A stretch of 63,630 nucleotides of DNA. Source: an uncultured Pelagibacteraceae bacterium. Its GTDB lineage: Bacteria; Pseudomonadota; Alphaproteobacteria; Pelagibacterales; AG-422-B15. The position numbers were made by a program, and so were the translations under genes. This document shows, piece after piece, positions 30,822 to 40,340 of the stretch. The stretch lies in contig CABWZX010000002.1 in assembly GCA_902510025.1 (NCBI GenBank), positions 1 through 63,630 on the forward strand, in the 5' to 3' direction. Position 1 is the stretch's first letter. Each line of letters begins with the position of its first letter. The notes beneath the pieces are model-generated. The model searched no databases. It was not told where the DNA came from and saw nothing but the letters and a program-made list of their open reading frames with translations.

Positions 30822-32060
30822 ATGACATTATTTGAAGAATTAAAGTTTAGAGGATTCATTAATCAATGTACTGATGAAAGTACTCTAGATAAGATTATAA
30901 AGAAAAACTCAATTAGTCTTTATATTGGATTTGATTGTACGGCTAAATCTTTGCATGTTGGCAGTCTAATACAAATAATGATTATGAGACTTTTCCAAAA
31001 ATATGGACATACTCCAATTGTATTAATTGGTAAAGGAACAACAAGAATTGGGGATCCTTCTGGAAAAGATGAAACAAGAAAAATGTTAAGTGAGAAGGAA
31101 ATTGGTCAAAATGCAGACAATATAAAAAAAGTATTTAATAAATTATTAACTTTTAAACTAAATAATAATAAAGCTATTTTTAGAGATAATTCTAAATGGC
31201 TTGCTAAACTTAATTATGTAGATTTTCTGAGAGAATATGGAAAGCATTTTACAATAAATAAGATGCTATCATTTGATAGTGTAAAGCTAAGACTTGATCG
31301 TGAACAATCATTAAGCTTTGTCGAATTTAACTATATGATTTTTCAAGCATATGATTTCTACGAATTATTTGTAAGAGAAAACTGCATACTTCAAATCGGA
31401 GGATCAGATCAATGGGGGAATATAGTCAACGGAGTGGAATTAATTAGAAGAACCAAAGCGAAGGAATCTTTTGGACTTACAACGCCATTATTGACAAATG
31501 CTAATGGAGAAAAAATGGGTAAAACTGCAGATGGAGCTGTATGGTTAGATGAAAAACTTCTCTCTCCTTATGACTACTGGCAATTTTGGAGAAATGTAGA
31601 CGATCGTGACGTAATTAGATTCATAAAATTATTCACAGATATGAATGTGAAGAAAATTAAAGAAGTAGAAGTTTCAAAATCAATAGATATTAATGAACTT
31701 AAATCTATACTTGCAGATGAGGCTACTGCCTTATTACATGGAAAAGAAAATGCTAAAAAAGCAAAAGATGTGGCGAATAAAGTTTTTTCAGGAAAAAGCA
31801 TATCTGATGATCTACCTACTTTAAAATTAAAAAATAATGATTTTAATGAAAAAGTTCTTATTTATCAGCTAATAGTAAATGTAGGATTTGCATCCTCTAA
31901 TAGCGAAAGTAGAAAATTAATCCGTGGGAAAGGTGTAAAGAAAAACAGAGAAATAATTGAAGATGAAATGACAGAAATATTAAAAAACGACTTATTGGAC
32001 AATAAAGAAATTCTTATCAGTGTAGGAAAAAAGAAGCATTTTAGAGTCATTATCAAATAA
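30822..32060 (+). CDS. tyrS: tyrosine-tRNA ligase
   Basis: 412 aa with a HIGH-type motif (SLHVGSL), KMGKT (KMSKS-type), GGSDQWGNI and a C-terminal S4-like domain. Confidence 0.93.
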   Translation: MTLFEELKFRGFINQCTDESTLDKIIKKNSISLYIGFDCTAKSLHVGSLIQIMIMRLFQKYGHTPIVLIGKGTTRIGDPSGKDETRKMLSEKEIGQNADNIKKVFNKLLTFKLNNNKAIFRDNSKWLAKLNYVDFLREYGKHFTINKMLSFDSVKLRLDREQSLSFVEFNYMIFQAYDFYELFVRENCILQIGGSDQWGNIVNGVELIRRTKAKESFGLTTPLLTNANGEKMGKTADGAVWLDEKLLSPYDYWQFWRNVDDRDVIRFIKLFTDMNVKKIKEVEVSKSIDINELKSILADEATALLHGKENAKKAKDVANKVFSGKSISDDLPTLKLKNNDFNEKVLIYQLIVNVGFASSNSESRKLIRGKGVKKNREIIEDEMTEILKNDLLDNKEILISVGKKKHFRVIIK

Positions 32061-32063
32061 AAG

Positions 32064-34697
32064 TTAATTATTTGTTTCTAGTAACTCTATAGCTCTTTCA
32101 ATAATTCTTGGCTTAACAATTGATAAAGGAACTGAATTAACTTCAGGGTCATCTTGATTGCCAGTTAAGCTGAAGTCGATTGAAAACATTCCTTCCCCTT
32201 CTCCTCCAACGAGAATGTTTCCTATAATTGGTAATTTTTGAATTATAGCATTCACAAGGTGCATTGGACTAATTTCTCCCTCCATATCAATAATCTTATT
32301 TTTTCTATCTATACTTCCATTCATTACTAAACCGAGGCTGTCACTTACAGCAAACGCTTCAACGTTTGAATATAAGTCTTTAGTTTCAGTGTATTTAATT
32401 TCTCCATAACCAAAACGAATACCCGGCTCTCCTTCAGCAATACTTACCAATCCTGATATAGAAGGAAGTGAAAGTAGTTTTAATGAAACAGGAGTGTCTA
32501 TGAGGACAAAGTCATCCAATTTTATACTCACTTCTGCCTCCATATTTTCAACATTTCTGATTGAAGTAAGTTCTATAGATCCATCACTTAATAATTTTTT
32601 TGCTGTGTGAGAATCTCCAACAAAGTGGGAAATATCGTCAGAAATTATTATGTTTGTATCAGTTATATTATTTTTTTCTCTCGAATAGTTTAACTTATGA
32701 TTTTCAAAAGTTGCTGAACTGAGTACGGATAATTTAGATTTTTTCTTGACTATGTCTGCATTGAAATTATCAACTTTAACATTTCCGTTAAAAATAACAT
32801 TGTCAGTACGAATAGTGTAATTCTCAGATTCAAGATAATATGTTTTCTTTTTATTGTTAACCTCAACTTTGTTTTTAGATAGATCAATTAAAGAGCCAAC
32901 AATATCTAGATTTAAAACTCTTTCTAATAGGTCTCCAGTTATCAAAAGATCTACATTTTTCTTATTATCTATCTTAAAATCGTTAACAAAAATATGGTTA
33001 TTGTTAGAAATCTTAACATCTCCTAGTATATCATAGCTACTATCAACTGATTTAATTACAAAAATGCTATCTTCTAAGTTTTTAAAATTTCCAGAAAAAT
33101 CTAATACTAGTTTCTCTGATTTTTTCTTTTTAAGATTGATTTGTCTTATAAATGCTTCGGTATTATCTAAATTTAACTCTCCTTTTATGGAAATGTCGCT
33201 ACTCTTTAAATCTTCAATCAAAAATCTATAATCAACTATTCCAATGATGTAATTTGGATTTTTATTATCATCAAAAATATAATTTGAATCAAATTTACCT
33301 TCAGAATAGATATTAACGTTTTTTATGCTCTCAATTACATTCTCACTGTTTGGAACAATCTCAAAACTTAAAGTAATATCTTGTTTGGGATAAAGATTTC
33401 TATTTAAAAAATCATAAAGCTTATTATTATTTGACTCTCTTTCAGAAAGAGTGCCTTTTACATAATCAAGGATTAAATCTTTCTTGATTGAGGTTACAAG
33501 TACAACGGAAGAATAATCAAAATTATCTGATAGAACTAATTCACTTCCACTATTGAGCTGAAGAAAATCATTCTTTAAATTATTAATCTTAAAGTCATAT
33601 AAATTTTTTTTCTTTAGTATAGCTATGTCGTAAATTGTTGAATCTTGCAATTGAGAATATATTGCATCGGGAAGATCAATTTTTCTAAAATCATAAATCC
33701 CAGATAGGAAAAGACTAGATTCATTAACTGTTTCGTAGTTTCCTTTATTCAAATTGAAGACAGCGTCAATATTAAAATTTTGCCATCCAATAAATCCATT
33801 AATGAAGCTCTGAATATCTAAATCTGATCTATAACTCATTAATTTATTAAAGGAGCCTGCCTTAGCCCTAAAATTTAACTTAACAGCAACCCTATTTAGA
33901 CCCTCAAGTAAATTGATAGTTCCTTGTTCAGCTAAATATATATCATCTCCAATGAATTCATTAATAATTAATTTATCATCATCTTGATGAAATTCAGCTT
34001 CAACATCATAACTGCTTTCATTTTCAAGAGTAATTCTGCTCTTAATATAAAAATTTGACTTCTTATCGTTTAAGATTGAATCTATGTTCAATCTTATTAA
34101 TGAAGAATCTAAACTTAATGATATATTTGATACAGCGTCGTAATAATTTATGTCATCTATATTTAAAACGGTATCCTTTTTATTTCTCATTTCTGCTGAT
34201 AAAAAATCAAATGAAACTTCTGTGTTGGTATATTTATATAAAATTTTATCTATATTGAATTTAATAAAATTTTCATTTTCTATATTTATTGATAGATTTC
34301 TGCTTTTAATTACCTCAAAAAAATCTGAATTAAATATTCTTATCTTATCTATATCTAGCTGTATGTTTTTATTTTCATTATTCCATAGCGATAAAAAATC
34401 AAAATCTACCCTTAAATAATCTATATCAAAAGTATGAGCAGTATTGGAATCCAGATATACTAGTTTATTAACTTCGGTATAAAATCCATTCTTTTCATTA
34501 TATCTAAGTATAGCGCCATTATATTGTAAATTAGATCCTGGACTGTTATCTGATATTTTTTTTTCTACAAAACTACTCATTAAGTCTAATGAAAGACCTT
34601 TTGAATAGATTATTGATAAAATTACAGTAATAAAAATAAAAAAAGTCAGTAACACTGATGCTAGAGTAATTAGAAAGTATTTTAATGGTTTGTTCAT
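32064..34697 (-). CDS. large N-terminally anchored envelope protein, AsmA/YhdP-like (assignment tentative)
   Basis: 877 aa with a single N-terminal TM (YFLITLASVLLTFFIFITVILSIIY) and a long beta-rich N/D/S/K-rich body. The C-terminal GGEGEGMFSIDFSLTGNQDDPEVNSVPLSIVKPRI resembles the conserved AsmA-like C-terminal block. Confidence 0.5.
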   Translation of the reverse strand: MNKPLKYFLITLASVLLTFFIFITVILSIIYSKGLSLDLMSSFVEKKISDNSPGSNLQYNGAILRYNEKNGFYTEVNKLVYLDSNTAHTFDIDYLRVDFDFLSLWNNENKNIQLDIDKIRIFNSDFFEVIKSRNLSINIENENFIKFNIDKILYKYTNTEVSFDFLSAEMRNKKDTVLNIDDINYYDAVSNISLSLDSSLIRLNIDSILNDKKSNFYIKSRITLENESSYDVEAEFHQDDDKLIINEFIGDDIYLAEQGTINLLEGLNRVAVKLNFRAKAGSFNKLMSYRSDLDIQSFINGFIGWQNFNIDAVFNLNKGNYETVNESSLFLSGIYDFRKIDLPDAIYSQLQDSTIYDIAILKKKNLYDFKINNLKNDFLQLNSGSELVLSDNFDYSSVVLVTSIKKDLILDYVKGTLSERESNNNKLYDFLNRNLYPKQDITLSFEIVPNSENVIESIKNVNIYSEGKFDSNYIFDDNKNPNYIIGIVDYRFLIEDLKSSDISIKGELNLDNTEAFIRQINLKKKKSEKLVLDFSGNFKNLEDSIFVIKSVDSSYDILGDVKISNNNHIFVNDFKIDNKKNVDLLITGDLLERVLNLDIVGSLIDLSKNKVEVNNKKKTYYLESENYTIRTDNVIFNGNVKVDNFNADIVKKKSKLSVLSSATFENHKLNYSREKNNITDTNIIISDDISHFVGDSHTAKKLLSDGSIELTSIRNVENMEAEVSIKLDDFVLIDTPVSLKLLSLPSISGLVSIAEGEPGIRFGYGEIKYTETKDLYSNVEAFAVSDSLGLVMNGSIDRKNKIIDMEGEISPMHLVNAIIQKLPIIGNILVGGEGEGMFSIDFSLTGNQDDPEVNSVPLSIVKPRIIERAIELLETNN

Positions 34698-34698
34698 T

Positions 34699-35788
34699 TT
34701 ATGAAATTAAATTTGAGAAAATCAGCTTATCAATATTTCCATCTAAAACTGAATCTGGATCAGAATCCTCATAATTACTTCTTAGATCTTTGACCATTCT
34801 GTAAGGATGTAATACATATGATCTAATTTGACTTCCCCATCCTATCTCAGATTTTTCTCCTTCAATTTCCTTTCTATCGCTTTCAAGTTTTTGTATTTCT
34901 ATCTCATATAATTTTGATTTTAGCATATTCATCGCAGTTGCACGGTTTTTATGTTGAGATCTCTCATTCTGACACTGTACAACAATTCCAGAAGGTGAAT
35001 GAGTAATTCTTATTGCGCTGTCAGTAGTGTTAACATGTTGACCTCCAGCTCCTGAGGCCCGAAATGTATCAATTCTTAAATCTTTTTCTTGAATATCTAC
35101 TTGAACACTTTCATCAACATAAGGAGAAATCCAAACACTTGAAAAACTTGTGTGCCTCCTTGAATTTGAATCAAAAGGAGAAATTCTAACTAGCCTATGA
35201 ACTCCCGACTCTCTTTTTAGATATCCAAAAGCATATGAGCCATTAATTAAAGCGGTGCAAGATTTAATACCTGCTTCTTCCCCAGGTGTTTCATGTATAA
35301 TTTTAAAACTAAAGTCTTTTCTTTCCGACCATCGCGAATACATTCTTAAAAGCATCTGAGCCCAATCTTGACTCTCTGTTCCGCCTGCTCCAGCATGAAT
35401 TTCTATATAGCAACTTTTTTCATCAGCTTCACCGTTAAACTTTAATTTAAATTCATGAGATTCTAATTTAGAAATAACTTCTTTAATTTCCAACAAACAA
35501 TCATTAATTGACTTTTCATCATTTTCTTCAATTGCTAATGCTGAAAATTCTTTAATTCCGTTTAGTTTTTCATCAAAGTCCTTAAGAAGCTTAGAGTTAT
35601 TCTCTAATTCACTAATTTTACGCATTGTGATTTTTGCATTATCAGAATCTGACCAAAAATCTGATTCTTCACTTTTTAACTTTAATTTGCTGAGTATGGA
35701 TCTTGACTCTTCAGAGTCAAAGATGCCTCCTGATTAATGATAGTTTTTCTGAAGCAAAAGGTAATAGATTTTTCAATTCATTTTCCAT
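34699..35788 (-). CDS. prfB: peptide chain release factor 2, requiring a programmed +1 ribosomal frameshift
   Basis: Frame 0 from ATG 35788 gives MENELKNLLPFASEKLSLIRRHL, then in-frame TGA (35719-35717). Shifting +1 after CTT continues DSEESRSILSKLKLKSEESDFWSDSDNAKITMRKISELE... into the 308-aa track ORF, which carries SPF and GGQ motifs. The total is about 362 aa. Confidence 0.93.
35716..35730 (-). promoter_or_regulatory. RF2 autoregulatory +1 frameshift site: internal SD-like AGGAGG, then CAT CTT TGA C
   Basis: The minus strand reads GGAGGCATCTTTGAC. This is the canonical CTT-TGA-C slippery/stop context preceded by a Shine-Dalgarno-like element, as in E. coli prfB. Confidence 0.9.
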
Positions 35789-38190
35789 TAGTAAATCACA
35801 ATTTCATCCTCTAGCTCTTCTTCAATTTGAATTATTTGAAATCCCTCAGAGCCTATGAGAGTTTTATTATCAAGAATTAATTTATCACTTTTACGAAATG
35901 CTTCATAGATTGTTTTATCATTGACTGCTTCAAAGCTAACCTCTCCTGTATCTACATTTACTTGAATTAATTCAACTCCTTTTGGTATTTTAAAAGGCAA
36001 TGCCTTCTTTTCTTTATAATAGTTTGTTAAAAAATCCTTAAAGATAGGCACTGCAACAGAGGATCCTGTTTCACGCTTGCCTAAAGTCCTAGGGTTATCA
36101 AAACCAGCGTAAACCCCAATAATTAGCTCTGAAGTAAACCCAATAAACCACGCATCGGTGTTCTTATTGGTAGTGCCTGTTTTTCCTCCTATTTCAAAAC
36201 CTGTGATTTTTGTTCTTCTTCCGGTTCCTCGATCTACGGCGCCTTTAAGAATCGAAACCATTTGATAGCTATTAACTGGGTCAAAAATTTGAATGTTTCC
36301 AGACTCAATTACTGGAAATGGGTTATTTTCAATAAATGGTTGGGAGCAATTGAAACAAGTCCCAAAATCTGCAAGATATATGTTCTTGCCTCTTCTATCT
36401 TGTATCCTATCAATCAATATTGGATTGATTTTTTTACCGCCATTAACAAATGATGCATAGGCAGAAGTTAAGTCCATTAGAGTTGTCTCTCCCGCTCCTA
36501 ATGCCATTGATAAAACTTCAGGCATATCATCCATAATTTCAACTCTATTTGCAATCTCACTTATCTTATCCATACCTAAATATTGAGCTATTCTAATCGT
36601 CATTAGATTTCTCGAATTTTCAATACCTTTTCTTAGGGGGGATGGTCCATAAAATTTCTTTCCATAGTTTTCTGGTTTCCATTTTCCCAATCTTTCACCT
36701 TGATCTACTACAAATGGAGCATCTAGAATTAAACTATTCGGTTGTAATCCATTCTCTAATGCAGAAATATAAACGAAAGGTTTAAATGCCGAACCTGGCT
36801 GCCTCTTTGCTTGAGATGCACGATTAAAATTACTTAATTTGAAATCAAAACCGCCAGAAAGAGCAACAACTCTTCCTGAGTGAGGATCCATAACAACTAT
36901 ACCTCCATTAATATCTGGAATTTGCTCAAGTGTGTACTCACCGTTATCATTTATTGAAATATAAATGATATCATTTTTCTTTAAAACATCATTTGCAGAG
37001 ACTATCTTTGGGCCAACATAACCTCCTCTAATGTGTTCACGTGCCCAACTTAGATTTTTTAACTTGATTTCCCCTCTCTCATTCATTGATGTTTTAATAT
37101 CTGCAAAATCATTACTTACTGAAATTACTTTTGCAAATTGAAAATTGTATGGAAGAGGAATATTCTTCAGATTATCAAGCCAATTATTAGTTTGATCATT
37201 TTTTATCACTCCCCTGTAACCATAACGTTTATCGTACACAAGCAGTCCTGTTTTAAGCGCTGTGTCTGCTTGAAATTGAGCTTTAGTATTAAGAGATGTT
37301 CTAACTGATAGCCCCCCACCATAAAGATATTCTTCTCCGAATGTGTCAATTATCTGCTGTCTAATTACTTCTAAATAATAATCTGATGAAAAAATGTTTT
37401 TCTCTCTGTGAAGATGAGTTTTTATTGGCACTTTTGAATATTTTTCAAGCTCATCGGAAGTTATGTACTCATTTGCATGCATTCTTTTCAGAACCCAATT
37501 TCGTCTATCTAATGCATGTTGATAATTTCTTGTGGGGTGATACCTGCTAGGTGCTTTAGGTAAGGCCGCTAGATAAGCAATTTCGGCAATGGTTAAATTC
37601 GACAATTCTTTTTCAAAGTATCTATTGGATGCAGCTGCAATTCCATATGTACCAGCTCCAAGGTAAATTTGATTTAGGTAAAGTTCTAATATTCTTTCTT
37701 TTGATAGAGCTTGTTCAATCTTAAAGGCAAGCAGTGCCTCTCTTATTTTCCTTGAAAGGGAAAGTTCATCAGAAAGTAGAAAATTTTTCGCAACTTGCTG
37801 AGTTATTGTTGAAGCTCCTTGCGGTCTTTTTTTAACTACAAAGTTTTTAATATTATTTAAACTTGCCCTTATTATTCCTAAAGGATCAATTCCATAGTGA
37901 TTGTAAAAATTTTTATCTTCAGCGGATATAAAAGCTTCTTTTATATTCTTAGGGACATCATCAATGGGAATAAATATCCTATACTCTCTTGAATATTCTT
38001 TGACCAAATATCCATTAGATGAATGAATTCTTGTCATAACATTTGGCTTATAATCTTTTAAACTGGAATAGTCAGGAAGAGTATATGAGAAGTAGAGTAT
38101 AGTAATTAAGCCTAAAAATGAAAAAAGTAAGAAAGAATAAATGGCGTATCTAAGTAATTTTAATTTCCAAGACATTCTTGTATATAGCAA
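35788..38190 (-). CDS. mrcA: penicillin-binding protein 1A (bifunctional transglycosylase/transpeptidase)
   Basis: 800 aa with an N-terminal anchor, GT51 motifs (EDKNFYNHYGIDP, GASTITQQVAKN, RKIREA) and transpeptidase motifs SAFKP (SxxK), SRN and KTGTT. Confidence 0.92.
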   Translation of the reverse strand: MLYTRMSWKLKLLRYAIYSFLLFSFLGLITILYFSYTLPDYSSLKDYKPNVMTRIHSSNGYLVKEYSREYRIFIPIDDVPKNIKEAFISAEDKNFYNHYGIDPLGIIRASLNNIKNFVVKKRPQGASTITQQVAKNFLLSDELSLSRKIREALLAFKIEQALSKERILELYLNQIYLGAGTYGIAAASNRYFEKELSNLTIAEIAYLAALPKAPSRYHPTRNYQHALDRRNWVLKRMHANEYITSDELEKYSKVPIKTHLHREKNIFSSDYYLEVIRQQIIDTFGEEYLYGGGLSVRTSLNTKAQFQADTALKTGLLVYDKRYGYRGVIKNDQTNNWLDNLKNIPLPYNFQFAKVISVSNDFADIKTSMNERGEIKLKNLSWAREHIRGGYVGPKIVSANDVLKKNDIIYISINDNGEYTLEQIPDINGGIVVMDPHSGRVVALSGGFDFKLSNFNRASQAKRQPGSAFKPFVYISALENGLQPNSLILDAPFVVDQGERLGKWKPENYGKKFYGPSPLRKGIENSRNLMTIRIAQYLGMDKISEIANRVEIMDDMPEVLSMALGAGETTLMDLTSAYASFVNGGKKINPILIDRIQDRRGKNIYLADFGTCFNCSQPFIENNPFPVIESGNIQIFDPVNSYQMVSILKGAVDRGTGRRTKITGFEIGGKTGTTNKNTDAWFIGFTSELIIGVYAGFDNPRTLGKRETGSSVAVPIFKDFLTNYYKEKKALPFKIPKGVELIQVNVDTGEVSFEAVNDKTIYEAFRKSDKLILDNKTLIGSEGFQIIQIEEELEDEIVIY

Positions 38191-38408
38191 ATAAATGTGT
38201 CCATCTTAAGACTTCAATATAGACTAGTAAATATATCGATCTAATCATAAGGGGTTTTGGGGATTTTTAAAAACAGTTGATATTTTTCGACGCAGCATAT
38301 AAATATGAGAAAATAATAAGATATTAATGTAATCAAAATGATTTTATCTAAAAAAAATAAATATTCTTCTGCTTTTAGAGCGGCACACAACTTGAAAGGT
38401 TTCACTGA

Positions 38409-40340
38409 ATGTCACAACAGCTACTTATTGATGGATCAAGATCTGATCAGACACAATTTGCCCTTATTGGGGAAAATGGATTAGATGACTTTGAATACGA
38501 GTCAAAATTAAAAAAAAACCAAAAAGGAAATATATATTTAGGCAAAGTTTCAAGAATTGAAGCTTCTCTTCAAGCTGCCTTTGTAGATATAGGAAATGAA
38601 AAAAATGCTTTTCTTGCATTTGGTGAGATTCATCCTAACTATTTCCAAATACCAATTGCAGATAGAGATGCTTTAATCGCAGCTGAATCAGAAATTGCAG
38701 AGAATCATAATAATGAAAATGAACATAAAAATTCAAATGATGATGAAAATACTGAGAGTCAAAACCTTACTGAAGCAAATGGAAATGTACTATCAAATAA
38801 TGATCATGAGATAGATGGAAATGTATTAGAGAACGATGAAGACAAGGTAAATGGAAATATTAAAAAATCAAGTGAACAAAATAATATTGATGGTAAGAGT
38901 AGATCAAAAAATAAATATAAATCATCTCTTAAACATAAACTTTATAGATCTTACAAGATTCAAGAAGTAATAAAAACGGGACAATTAATTTTAGTCCAAG
39001 TTGTAAAGGAAGAAAGAGGAAACAAGGGAGCGGCATTAACTTCTTATATATCTTTAGCTGGAAAATATTCAGTCCTAATGCCCAACTCAACAAAAACTAA
39101 AGGCATATCAAGAAAAATTTCTACTTCTGATGACAGAAATAAAATTAAAAAAATTATTGACGAACTAAAGATACCCTCTGAGATGGGTCTAATTGTTAGA
39201 ACAGCTGGATTAAATAAAACTAAAAATGAGATTAAAAAGGATTATACGTCGCTTCATAAGCTATGGGTCAATATAGTTAAAGAAACTGAAAAAGCTATTG
39301 CCCCGGCATTGATTCATGAGGAAGGTGACTTATTAAGAAGAATTGTGAGGGATGTATATAATAAGGAAATGAAATCAATATACGTTGAAGGCGCTGATGC
39401 TTTTAAGGAAACAAAGAAATATATGTCTCAAATTCTTCCTTTGTATTCAAAGTATGTCAAGCAATACAAAAACAAAATTCCCATTTTTACAAAATATGGG
39501 GTTGAAAAAGAAATATCAAGAATGTTTGAACCGGAAGTAAAATTAAAATCTGGCGGTTATATTGTTATTAACCCTACTGAAGCATTAGTTGCAATTGATG
39601 TTAATTCTGGAGGAGCAACTAAAGAGAGGAATATTGAAAAAACAGCATTAAAAACAAATATAGAAGCTGCAGAAGAAATAAGTAAACAAATTAAAATAAG
39701 AGATCTATCAGGTTTAATCGTAATTGACTTCATAGATATGTATGAGATGAGAAACAATAGATCTGTTGAAAAAAAAATAAGAGAGCATATTAAGAAAGAC
39801 AGGGCGAGAATACAAGTTTCAAGAATAAGTCAATTTGGCCTCTTAGAAATGTCCAGACAGAGATTAAGACAAAGCTTTATTAATTGGAAATCTGATTTAA
39901 CTATTGAATCATGTGCATTAAAAGCGATGTACAATATAAAAGAATTTATCAATACGAGTAAAAGTGAAAAAATTCAAGTAAGGATTAATCCTTCCGTTCT
40001 CAATTTATTAACAAAGTCATATGAAAATGAATTAGCTGAAATAAAGAAAAATAATAAAACAATCATCTCTCTTGAATCAGATGCAAATATTGAGAGTAAT
40101 AAAATAGAGATCACAAAGGATGGAAAGAAAGAAAAGAAAGAAAAGAAAGAAAAGAAAGAAAAGAAAAAAATAAGCTCAGAAAAAACAAAAAAAATAGAAA
40201 ATAAGACAAATATTAAAACTAGTAATATAGATTCAAATAAAAAGAAGGTATTTAAAAAAAACAAAAAAACTAAATCAGAAAATATTATAAATCCAATAAA
40301 GGAGATTAAGAATAAAAAAACTGGCTGGTGGCAATCATAA
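38409..40340 (+). CDS. rne: ribonuclease E (RNase E/G family) with an insertion in the S1 domain and a Lys-rich C-terminal tail
   Basis: 643 aa. The N-terminus is LLID...FALIGENGLDDFEYES. The S1 motif is GNIYLGKVSRIEASLQAAFVDIG. The catalytic region is ALVAIDVNSG and RISQFGLLEMSRQR. There is an N/D/E-rich insert at aa ~95-175 and a KEKK-repeat tail. Confidence 0.9.
   Translation: MSQQLLIDGSRSDQTQFALIGENGLDDFEYESKLKKNQKGNIYLGKVSRIEASLQAAFVDIGNEKNAFLAFGEIHPNYFQIPIADRDALIAAESEIAENHNNENEHKNSNDDENTESQNLTEANGNVLSNNDHEIDGNVLENDEDKVNGNIKKSSEQNNIDGKSRSKNKYKSSLKHKLYRSYKIQEVIKTGQLILVQVVKEERGNKGAALTSYISLAGKYSVLMPNSTKTKGISRKISTSDDRNKIKKIIDELKIPSEMGLIVRTAGLNKTKNEIKKDYTSLHKLWVNIVKETEKAIAPALIHEEGDLLRRIVRDVYNKEMKSIYVEGADAFKETKKYMSQILPLYSKYVKQYKNKIPIFTKYGVEKEISRMFEPEVKLKSGGYIVINPTEALVAIDVNSGGATKERNIEKTALKTNIEAAEEISKQIKIRDLSGLIVIDFIDMYEMRNNRSVEKKIREHIKKDRARIQVSRISQFGLLEMSRQRLRQSFINWKSDLTIESCALKAMYNIKEFINTSKSEKIQVRINPSVLNLLTKSYENELAEIKKNNKTIISLESDANIESNKIEITKDGKKEKKEKKEKKEKKKISSEKTKKIENKTNIKTSNIDSNKKKVFKKNKKTKSENIINPIKEIKNKKTGWWQS
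38778..38885 (+). repeat. three degenerate tandem 36-bp (12-aa) repeats inside the rne S1-domain insert
   Basis: In-frame units are NGNVLSNNDHEI / DGNVLENDEDKV / NGNIKKSSEQNN. At DNA level they are aatggaaatgtacta..., gatggaaatgtatta..., aatggaaatattaaa... Confidence 0.7.
40124..40170 (+). repeat. 9-bp tandem repeat (AAAGAAAAG-type, about 4-5 copies) encoding (KKE)n in the rne tail
   Basis: The direct read is aaagaaagaaaagaaagaaaagaaagaaaagaaagaaaagaaaaaaa, translated KKEKKEKKEKKEKKK. Confidence 0.85.

Noticed and set aside
34699-35788. prfB as a frameshifted pseudogene.
   Set aside because: The interruption is exactly the canonical CTT-TGA-C site with an upstream SD-like AGGAGG. Both parts align in order with RF2, including the SPF and GGQ motifs. 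It is programmed frameshifting, not decay.
38251-38262. GGGGTTTTGGGG as a G-quadruplex element.
   Set aside because: Only two G-tracts are present, so no intramolecular quadruplex can form. It is noted within the rne leader finding, but no function is claimed.
39974-40264. 96-aa minus-strand ORF rich in FFSFFSFF.
   Set aside because: It is the mirror image of the (KKE)n / Lys-rich tail of rne. It is produced by the purine-rich tandem repeat and is not an independent gene.
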